From a virus (taxonomy: Duplodnaviria; Caudoviricetes), in the IMG/VR virus record IMGVR_UViG_3300005860_000041, positions 1 through 50,106 of that record: a DNA stretch of 50,106 nucleotides; one strand, written 5' to 3'. The position numbers and the translations under genes are program-made. Below, one piece after another: positions 1-6,071 of this stretch. Position 1 is the stretch's first letter. The number at the start of each line of letters is the position of its first letter. Under the pieces are notes generated by a model. The model had not been told where the DNA came from, did not search any database, and saw only the letters and a list, made by a program, of their open reading frames with translations.

Positions 1-64
1 TTTCTGGCGCTATTGGCGATAGAAGGTTTTCCCAGTCTCGCTGCATTATAAGCTCGTCCTTCAT
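1..64 (-). CDS. 5' part of a second copy of the 1635..2018 gene (MKDELIMQRDWENLLSPIAPE...), truncated by the window edge
   Basis: 1-136 equals 1955-2090 with 2 mismatches; RBS GGAGGGGAG. Confidence 0.8.
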   Translation of the reverse strand, partial: MKDELIMQRDWENLLSPIAPE

Positions 65-100
65 TTCACTCCCCTCCGTTGGTTTTGGTTTACAGTCCGT

Positions 101-197
101 CATACATAATACACGCTCATAAAAAACGATGCGGCTGAGGCGTGTAACGCGCCGTGAATGCGCCTCAGCCGCATCATTATGTGTCTATGTTATGTGC
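101..197 (-). repeat. Cassette boundary module U0 (motif 101-126, hairpin 128-175, TATGTG tract 176-196)
   Basis: 118-190 identical to 1544-1616; arms GATGCGGCTGAGGCG/CGCCTCAGCCGCATC. Confidence 0.9.
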
Positions 198-211
198 CGG
201 GTTCGTTCTAA

Positions 212-916
212 CTATGAATTGTCAACTTCATCTTCATCATAATCATACGAACATGGACCATCACACTTCCAATGTGATGCTACATCTTCTTCATACAATT
301 GTCCATCTTTGTAGTAAAAGCGAGTTGTCCGCCACCACTCTTGATGCCCCCAACATTGTGCCAACATTACGAATTTCTCCCCTGTCTCTGGATCTTCTAC
401 TAATATGTCATAACTGTGAGGCACGTTGGATGAACCAAACTCAGTGACTTCCCATTCTGCTTCATTAGCGTGGGGAGGTATGATGAGGTAATGAGAATAG
501 ACACTTGTACTTTGAGTGTGTGAAAACCAAGGTGCACGACTGATGAGGTGAGGAACGTTTTCAATTACATAGCAGTTACGGATGGGTTTAACTACGAAGC
601 TGGTTCGCTCACTGTAAGAGTAAAAGTCACTGCTCTGTGTGTTATACTTGAACACCTTGAAGCCCCGTTGAGTTAGCAGTTTTTCTATGTCGAAATTGAA
701 AACCTCGTGATGATGTTTGTAGTTGTCATAAACATACGAGTGTTCAAATGTGAAAGTCTGTCCGGGTAATGTTAACTGCCACGTTTCGCGATATTCATAA
801 AGCTCATGGCAGGGTGTAGAAGTGTGATTGCACTTGCCTGTGTGACAATCACAATCACAGGGAAGCGCGCTTTTAACTGATTTAACGCGTTCAAGTTTTG
901 CCGCCATGCTAACCAT
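212..916 (-). CDS. Hypothetical cassette protein with Cys/His-rich N-terminus and acidic C-terminus (234 aa)
   Basis: ORF track 212..1027; RBS AAGGAGG at 926-932 places the start at 916; CDCDCHTGKCNH motif. Confidence 0.8.
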   Translation of the reverse strand: MVSMAAKLERVKSVKSALPCDCDCHTGKCNHTSTPCHELYEYRETWQLTLPGQTFTFEHSYVYDNYKHHHEVFNFDIEKLLTQRGFKVFKYNTQSSDFYSYSERTSFVVKPIRNCYVIENVPHLISRAPWFSHTQSTSVYSHYLIIPPHANEAEWEVTEFGSSNVPHSYDILVEDPETGEKFVMLAQCWGHQEWWRTTRFYYKDGQLYEEDVASHWKCDGPCSYDYDEDEVDNS

Positions 917-969
917 GCTAACCCACCTCCTTGTGGTTTGTGTGTAGACTAACATACCCGCATCCTGCA

Positions 970-1008
970 GTTTCAATCCCACCAATCCCACAATGGTGCG
1001 ATTGCACC
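970..1008 (-). CRISPR. Solitary CRISPR-repeat-like sequence with an internal 9-bp duplication (not an array)
   Basis: Collapsing the CAATCCCAC duplication gives the 30-mer GGTGCAATCGCACCATTGTGGGATTGAAAC, which has the 3' ATTGAAAC end typical of class 1 repeats. Confidence 0.65.
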
Positions 1009-1087
1009 GGGGCTGGTGAGGGCTCAACCCCCACCAGCCCCGGGAACGACTGGCGTGGGCTCGCTATGTGACGAGTTCCCACGCCAG
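1007..1087 (-). terminator. Two tandem GC-rich hairpins (1007-1043, 1050-1087)
   Basis: CCGGGGCTGGTG/CACCAGCCCCGG and CTGGCGTGGG/CCCACGCCAG. The second is identical to the hairpin at 49843-49887 and carries CTATGTG in its loop. Confidence 0.65.
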
Positions 1088-1096
1088 CCTTTGTCT

Positions 1097-1489
1097 TTAC
1101 TCAACTTCTTGCACAAGCGGAATTTCTTCAACGTGTCCATCACTGTGTATCCTGTATCGCTCTATTTTGTATTCACACATCCGATTGCCCATCCACGCGT
1201 CCACTATCTTTTCGACAACCATTGTGCCTGGGAAGGAGCCAAGTAACGCTCGTATCCTCTTGTTCTCGTAAGGATGAGGAATGTCAAGTTGTTCTACCTT
1301 CACGTCTGTAGGATAAATGATACTATATCTCACACGTCTCTCGACTGTTGCATCTTCCGTTTCCTCTTCTATCAAGCAGACGGCAATGGCTCCGTTCTCC
1401 AACTCCACCAGCGCATTCTGATTTATTAACCTTGCCCGCAGCGCTTTTACAACTTCGTCCCACCCTGGCGCTTTGTAGCGCTTAAACAT
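1097..1489 (-). CDS. Hypothetical cassette protein, paralog of 49906..50106
   Basis: 130-aa ORF, RBS GGAGGTGA, shared C-terminus RYRxHSDxHxEEIPLVQEVE. Confidence 0.85.
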   Translation of the reverse strand: MFKRYKAPGWDEVVKALRARLINQNALVELENGAIAVCLIEEETEDATVERRVRYSIIYPTDVKVEQLDIPHPYENKRIRALLGSFPGTMVVEKIVDAWMGNRMCEYKIERYRIHSDGHVEEIPLVQEVE

Positions 1490-1526
1490 ACTCGCTCACC
1501 TCCGTGGGTTTTGGTTTACAGCTCGT

Positions 1527-1641
1527 CATACACAATACACGCCCATAAAAAACGATGCGGCTGAGGCGTGTAACGCGCCGTGAATGCGCCTCAGCCGCAT
1601 CATTATGTGTCTATGTGTCTATGTTATGTGTCTATTATGTG
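1527..1641 (-). repeat. Cassette boundary module U1 (motif 1527-1552, hairpin 1554-1601, TATGTG tract 1603-1641)
   Basis: Same tripartite layout as U0 and U2-U4. Confidence 0.9.
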
Positions 1642-2018
1642 CTGGGAACTGCAACATAAACTTTTCGTTTTATCCTCAGTTCCATACCAGTTCCGTCCCA
1701 TATCTCTACCGCTACCGCATCTCCTGCTGCCAGCGTTACCTCTGTTTGTATAAACCTACCTCCCGCCGTTCCCGCTTGCCAGCTTCTTACTCCTACCTGT
1801 CGTTCGCGTGGCTTTCCTGCCACAACCCACCACGTTGCCTTATACCATGCAATTGACGAAGACGATGACCCGGCACTAAGCTCCAGCTTCGTCCCTGCGC
1901 GAACAGCGCAGATGACGAAGCCGTCCGCCTCTAATTTTTTCAATTCTTTTACAGTTTCTGGCGCTATTGGCGATAGAAGTTTTTCCCAGTCTCGCTGCAT
2001 TATAAGCTCGTCCTTCAT
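1635..2018 (-). CDS. Hypothetical cassette protein (MKDELIMQRD..., 127 aa)
   Basis: RBS GGAGGTGA before ATG at 2018; the longer ORF-track start runs through the repeat; ends ACA-TAA. Confidence 0.85.
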   Translation of the reverse strand: MKDELIMQRDWEKLLSPIAPETVKELKKLEADGFVICAVRAGTKLELSAGSSSSSIAWYKATWWVVAGKPRERQVGVRSWQAGTAGGRFIQTEVTLAAGDAVAVEIWDGTGMELRIKRKVYVAVPST

Positions 2019-2054
2019 TTCACTCACCTCCGTTGGTTTTGGTTTACAGTCCGT

Positions 2055-2163
2055 CATACATAATACACGCTCATAAAAAACGATGCGGCTCAGCCGCATC
2101 CATGAACGTATTATGCGGCTGAGCCGCATCATTATGTGTCTCTATATGTGTTTATCTCTATGT
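2055..2163 (-). repeat. Cassette boundary module U2 (hairpin 2082-2130 with inverted loop)
   Basis: Motif 2055-2080; loop CCATGAACGTATT is the reverse complement of the U4 loop. Confidence 0.9.
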
Positions 2164-2204
2164 AGAAGGAGCGGTGGCGGTAGCACAATACCACCACCGC
2201 CACC
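2164..2204 (-). ncRNA. Candidate small RNA (gene-less cassette): hairpin followed by CUCCUUCU
   Basis: Lies between modules U3 and U2 with no RBS or credible ORF; stem GGTGGCGGT/ACCGCCACC is extendable by G-U pairs on the transcribed strand. Confidence 0.35.
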
Positions 2205-2296
2205 ATATACACGCCCATAAAACGATGCGGCTGAGGCGCATAACACGTTCATGGATGCGCCTCAGCCGTGCTATGTGTCTATGTGCTATGTTATGT
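2204..2296 (-). repeat. Cassette boundary module U3
   Basis: Motif variant TTTATGGGCGTGTATA, hairpin 2225-2270, TATGTG tract 2271-2296. Confidence 0.9.
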
Positions 2297-2641
2297 TTCT
2301 TCTTTAAGTGCTTCACATTCCTTCCCATCAAAATGCCAATCCACCCACGTCCAATCCCACACCATTGGATTTCCTTCCGCGAGCATCCTACCACATTGTT
2401 TACACCAAATTTCCTCCTTCAACTGCTCTCCATTCAGTAACTCGTAGACGTAGATTAATTCATTGTCATCCAGCAATTGCTCCTCCACCACCACCTCTCC
2501 GCCATTTCGAAGCTCCTTGTATACTTTTTCCCTACACCTATCACAGAGAGTGAGAGTTCTCTCTCCACCCTTTGCTACTATCTTCATACCCCACCGTGCT
2601 TCCTTATTGCACCTATCGCACCTATCGCACACCGCCATCAT
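2291..2641 (-). CDS. Zinc-finger-like cassette protein
   Basis: CDRCDRC, CDRC and CKQC motifs; RBS GGAGGTGA; ends ACA-TAA. Confidence 0.85.
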   Translation of the reverse strand: MMAVCDRCDRCNKEARWGMKIVAKGGERTLTLCDRCREKVYKELRNGGEVVVEEQLLDDNELIYVYELLNGEQLKEEIWCKQCGRMLAEGNPMVWDWTWVDWHFDGKECEALKEET

Positions 2642-2709
2642 ATTTCACCTCCACATGGTTTTGTTTTTGTGGGCATGTTAGCCCACAATCCCACACAGGT
2701 TGGGCTCGT

Positions 2710-2820
2710 CATACACAATACACGCCCATAAAAACTGACACGGTTGAGGCGCATAATACGTTCATGGATGCGCCTCAGCCGTGCTATGTGTCTATGTGCT
2801 ATGTGTCTACGTGCTATGTG
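2710..2820 (-). repeat. Cassette boundary module U4
   Basis: Motif 2710-2734, hairpin 2739-2783, TATGTG tract 2784-2820. Confidence 0.9.
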
Positions 2821-3917
2821 TCCATATACGTTGGCATCACCACATAACGCATTGATGCTACTATAAAGAGTGGCGAATGGTTATTCTCGTAATGAACGGT
2901 AACAACCTCACCGCCAAACAACTTAGCGATGTTGTGCAGGAATTTAGCATTCATGGCAAAAGTATCTTTCTCTATCCCAGAATGCACAACACTAATGTCC
3001 ACTACCGCACGTGAGGCAACTTGTTCATCCTCTGAGCGGTATTCAAGCATCATTTTTGAACCTTGGATGTCAAGTGTCACATAAATTCGTGGCATTCTTT
3101 CTTCTTTTGGGATAGGAAAACTATTCACAACGGCTAAATCGGAGGCATTCAAAGTAAAAACAACGGATGAATTTTCTCGCCTAATCCGGCGCCAGTCAGG
3201 GTAGTTATCTTTTTCGGTTAGCGAGACTATCCGAGTGGCATTGGTTCTCAGTTCGATATTATTATTACTGTATCCTGTAACAACAACGCTACCATCACGG
3301 ATAACTTTAGCCAGTCTTTTAGCTGTTGCATGTGACAAGACTAACGATTTTTTGTCTATTATGTGACCAGTGCCTGATAAACGCTGAACAAGCTGAACAA
3401 GTAGTTGGCGAGTATCCGTAGAAACTACAAATAGACCAAACTCGCATGGTTCTACTAAAATATGATGCAAAACTCCACATGTTTCATCTTCAGCAACACA
3501 CATCAGTGCTTTCGTCAGCGCATCAGCAAACTGCCTTGCATCAAATGTGTATTGCCAAACAACGTCACCTAAAGTAGAGAGAATTGGAAATTCACGAGGA
3601 TTAATTACGCTTAGTGTTGTTGTAATATTGCCAGTCTGGATGTCAATTTTATCGCCATGGAGGTTAAATACCACATCGTCAGTATACTCCAGCGCTTTCA
3701 AATCATTATAGGACACGCAAAAACTTTCCTCTGCATCAGCGACAGCGTCAATTTCAGTAACGAAGTAGTCCCTTATGTCCGTTGCGACAATCTCCAGTTT
3801 ACCTTCGTGTGTAGTAAATTTGACAGTGTATAGTGCAGGTAGTGGCGACTTACGAGGAATGAATTTCCCCGCATTTGACAGTGCTTTTTTGAGTTCACGT
3901 CCATTAACCTTAATCAT
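2814..3917 (-). CDS. dnaN: DNA polymerase III beta sliding clamp homolog (367 aa)
   Basis: Length and motifs: ELKKAL..KSPLPAL, LEIVATD, EFPIL, VSTDTRQL, NYPDWRRI, AMNAKFL, PLFI..YVVMP. Confidence 0.88.
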   Translation of the reverse strand: MIKVNGRELKKALSNAGKFIPRKSPLPALYTVKFTTHEGKLEIVATDIRDYFVTEIDAVADAEESFCVSYNDLKALEYTDDVVFNLHGDKIDIQTGNITTTLSVINPREFPILSTLGDVVWQYTFDARQFADALTKALMCVAEDETCGVLHHILVEPCEFGLFVVSTDTRQLLVQLVQRLSGTGHIIDKKSLVLSHATAKRLAKVIRDGSVVVTGYSNNNIELRTNATRIVSLTEKDNYPDWRRIRRENSSVVFTLNASDLAVVNSFPIPKEERMPRIYVTLDIQGSKMMLEYRSEDEQVASRAVVDISVVHSGIEKDTFAMNAKFLHNIAKLFGGEVVTVHYENNHSPLFIVASMRYVVMPTYMDT

Positions 3918-3953
3918 ATTCACCACCCCTTTTTTTAGTTTAGGATACCGCGC

Positions 3954-4044
3954 CATACTTAATACCCGCCCATAAAGTGTTGGGTGGCATGCGAATGCCT
4001 TTTCGCATGCCACCCAGCGGTGTTTATGTGTCTATGTGTTATGT
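3954..4044 (-). repeat. Cassette boundary module U5
   Basis: Motif TTTATGGGCGGGTATT, hairpin 3979-4018 of unrelated sequence, TATGTG tract. Confidence 0.85.
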
Positions 4045-4278
4045 TGTGTTACTTTCATCTTCCGTTCTTTCGGCAAGTATCCGACACCTCTCATCATCAT
4101 GGTCTACGTTGACGACACGCGTCAGCGTGTCGCCAATATACCACCGCACTCCTCCATACCAGCAAACCCTTTCAAGCTCAATTTCCTCCTCGTCCTCTCG
4201 CTTCGTCCACCACGGGTTTGCTGGACGTGCTTCAAGCCACTCTCCGCAGTGTGGGCATTTCTTTACCCACCATTTCAT
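4039..4278 (-). CDS. Small acidic zinc-ribbon-like cassette protein
   Basis: CPHC motif; RBS AGGAGGTGA; ends ACA-TAA. Confidence 0.85.
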   Translation of the reverse strand: MKWWVKKCPHCGEWLEARPANPWWTKREDEEEIELERVCWYGGVRWYIGDTLTRVVNVDHDDERCRILAERTEDESNTT

Positions 4279-4303
4279 GATACTTCACCTCCTTATAAAT
4301 GAT

Positions 4304-4362
4304 GCACGGTTGGGAGCGCACAATGAACTTCTGTGCGCTCTCAACCGTGTGCTATGTTATGT
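4304..4362 (-). repeat. Cassette boundary module U6 (hairpin plus TATGT tract, no promoter-like motif)
   Basis: GCACGGTTGGGAGCGCACA/TGTGCGCTCTCAACCGTGT; arm start CACGGTTG shared with U4. Confidence 0.8.
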
Positions 4363-4438
4363 TTCTTCTTTAAGTGCTTCACATTCCTTCCCATCAAATG
4401 GTTTTGTTTTTGTGGGCATGTTAGCCCACAATCCCACA
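4351..4438 (-). pseudogene. Internally deleted copy of the 2291..2641 cassette (3' end fused to its 5' leader)
   Basis: 4351-4398 matches about 2285-2332 and 4398-4438 matches about 2655-2695; junction at an ATG microhomology. Confidence 0.85.
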
Positions 4439-4459
4439 ATCCCACAATGGTGCGATTGC
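4437..4459 (-). CRISPR. Second, 3'-truncated CRISPR-repeat-like sequence
   Basis: CAATCCCACAATGGTGCGATTGC is identical to 983-1005 and adjoins hairpin 4463-4504. Confidence 0.55.
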
Positions 4460-4513
4460 GAAGGATGGCGCGAGCGCGACACAAAAGATGCGCTCGCGCC
4501 ATCCGTATGTGTT

Positions 4514-4930
4514 CTATTGGTCAATTTGTTCAAGATAAATGTAAAGCTCTCTTAGCGGATGAGTGTCAGACACATACTCTACCACCACGTCTGCGATTGC
4601 CATTATTTTCTCTTGTAACTGTCGCAGTTTACTAACAAGCTCCTGCCTGACATCCCACAATGCCCCGCAAGCAACAAACATTAAGACCGGATCCCTATCG
4701 AATTTGTCTTGTGCTTCGCCTAAAGCATTATAAACAATTGTTTCAGAATGTGAAAGTAAGTCTAACAAGCTCAGTATCTTGTCGCCCAACTCATCCCAGC
4801 TATCGTTGACCCAATCAAACTTGATACCAGCGAAAGCGGTCGTAAGCGTCTGCGGTCCCATAGCCATATATGTCCATCTGGCTCCCTTAATGATGGGATA
4901 CAGCAGTTCGCATCGTTCCTCTTTTGTCAT
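4514..4930 (-). CDS. Hypothetical helical cassette protein
   Basis: ORF track 4514..4939; RBS GGAGGTGA before ATG at 4930. Confidence 0.8.
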   Translation of the reverse strand: MTKEERCELLYPIIKGARWTYMAMGPQTLTTAFAGIKFDWVNDSWDELGDKILSLLDLLSHSETIVYNALGEAQDKFDRDPVLMFVACGALWDVRQELVSKLRQLQEKIMAIADVVVEYVSDTHPLRELYIYLEQIDQ

Positions 4931-4988
4931 TTTATTCACCTCCGTTTTTGTGCGGGCTTGTTATCCCGCACCTTACTTCAGTTGCCGT

Positions 4989-5081
4989 CATATGTAATAC
5001 TCGCTCATAAAACTTAAAGGGCGACACACAGTTGCAGGGTGTGTCGCCCTTTAAAGGTCGTATGCTATCTATGTGTCTATG
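4989..5081 (-). repeat. Cassette boundary module U8
   Basis: Motif TTTATGAGCGAGTATT, 16-bp perfect stem 5014-5054, TATGTG tract. Confidence 0.85.
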
Positions 5082-5278
5082 CGCTTACCTTGGACAAACA
5101 GGAACTCTATGTATGGTGGAACGCCCAAGTAGGCGTCCCAGTCACCAGTCCAGTGTTCGCATTTTTCCACTTCCTCTGCAGTTATACCATCATCGTCAAT
5201 GATGATGGTATACTGCATTCCGCAGAATGGGCAAATCACCTTCCCGTTGTTATTCACCTTAACCCATACTTCTTGCAT
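5069..5278 (-). CDS. Small acidic zinc-ribbon-like protein
   Basis: CPFC...CEH; RBS GGGGGTGA; ends ACA-TAG. Confidence 0.8.
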   Translation of the reverse strand: MQEVWVKVNNNGKVICPFCGMQYTIIIDDDGITAEEVEKCEHWTGDWDAYLGVPPYIEFLFVQGKRIDT

Positions 5279-5296
5279 CTTCATCACCCCCTGTTT

Positions 5297-5575
5297 TTAC
5301 ACGGAGTTTAAAAGGAACACGACTTGTTTGAATGCCTCTTGCAGTGTGTCATATGACATGAAGAAGCAATCTTCAGGACACACTACTTCATACCACCGTC
5401 TACGCTTCTTGCCGTAATACATCTCGTTGCGCACAAGGAAGACAATTTTGGCGGTGTCGGGGTTGATAATACGAAAATACAAGTTCAAGTTTTTGGGTGT
5501 GACAGTCACGATAAATCCGTGTTTTCTGCACAGTCTTTCCACTGTTTTTTGTGTCTTACTTCTCTCTTTGCTCAT
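5297..5575 (-). CDS. Small basic hypothetical protein
   Basis: RBS AAGGGGTGA before MSKERSK; coupled to the upstream gene. Confidence 0.75.
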   Translation of the reverse strand: MSKERSKTQKTVERLCRKHGFIVTVTPKNLNLYFRIINPDTAKIVFLVRNEMYYGKKRRRWYEVVCPEDCFFMSYDTLQEAFKQVVFLLNSV

Positions 5576-5789
5576 CCTCATCACCCCTTTGGAAGGAACA
5601 CTGTCCATTCCACAGACACACAGTGCATGCCTGTTCTTCGCACTTGAGCCCGCACACCATCTGTGAGCCCTTCCCGTTATCTCGTAAGATGAAGTTGCAC
5701 CATAGTGGTATAGCAACCTCAGCATCCACCAATCTACCGCACACGCAACATTTTACGATGTGTCTTGCGATGCTTTCTACCACTTTCAT
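5556..5789 (-). CDS. Cys-rich zinc-binding hypothetical protein
   Basis: CCVC, CGLKC and CTVC motifs; RBS GGGGTGA. Confidence 0.75.
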   Translation of the reverse strand: MKVVESIARHIVKCCVCGRLVDAEVAIPLWCNFILRDNGKGSQMVCGLKCEEQACTVCLWNGQCSFQRGDEDEQREK

Positions 5790-5979
5790 TCTTCATCACC
5801 CCCTTAAAGAATGTGACTTTAAATGGAATAAACAGCCAACCTGCCACCTTTTTGAGTTCTCTCTCAGCAACAACTATATGGTCACCACATAGATAAAACA
5901 CATCATCGCCATACCGTATCTTTCCCACCGCTCTTTTCTTACATTTGCTATACATGCATCGGCGCATTCCTTTTATCAT
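5734..5979 (-). CDS. Small basic zinc-finger-like protein
   Basis: CMYSKC...CGDH; RBS GGGGGGTGA. Confidence 0.7.
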   Translation of the reverse strand: MIKGMRRCMYSKCKKRAVGKIRYGDDVFYLCGDHIVVAERELKKVAGWLFIPFKVTFFKGVMKNESGRKHRKTHRKMLRVR

Positions 5980-6002
5980 TCACCCCCCTTTTGAGTTTTA
6001 CA

Positions 6003-6026
6003 GGGGACGGCTTTAAAGCCGTCCCC
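6003..6026. promoter_or_regulatory. 24-bp perfect palindrome (terminator or operator)
   Basis: GGGGACGGCTTTAAAGCCGTCCCC, downstream of the ATPase gene. Confidence 0.6.
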
Positions 6027-6071
6027 CTGTGCGGGTAGCGAGACAGGTTGAGACGGCGGAGAGGATGGCTC

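Noticed and set aside
1-136. Terminal redundancy indicating a closed circular contig
   Set aside because: The window start matches internal 1955-2090, not the window end, so a gap remains.
2019-2394. ORF-track extension MMRLSRII... and ORFs 2158..2394, 2174..2440, 1584..1856
   Set aside because: They read through palindromic modules and lack RBSs; RBS-supported starts lie downstream.
101-2820. Repeated modules as a CRISPR array
   Set aside because: Units are 90-110 bp, irregularly spaced and separated by whole genes; no cas genes. Only the two solitary repeat-like sequences resemble CRISPR repeats.
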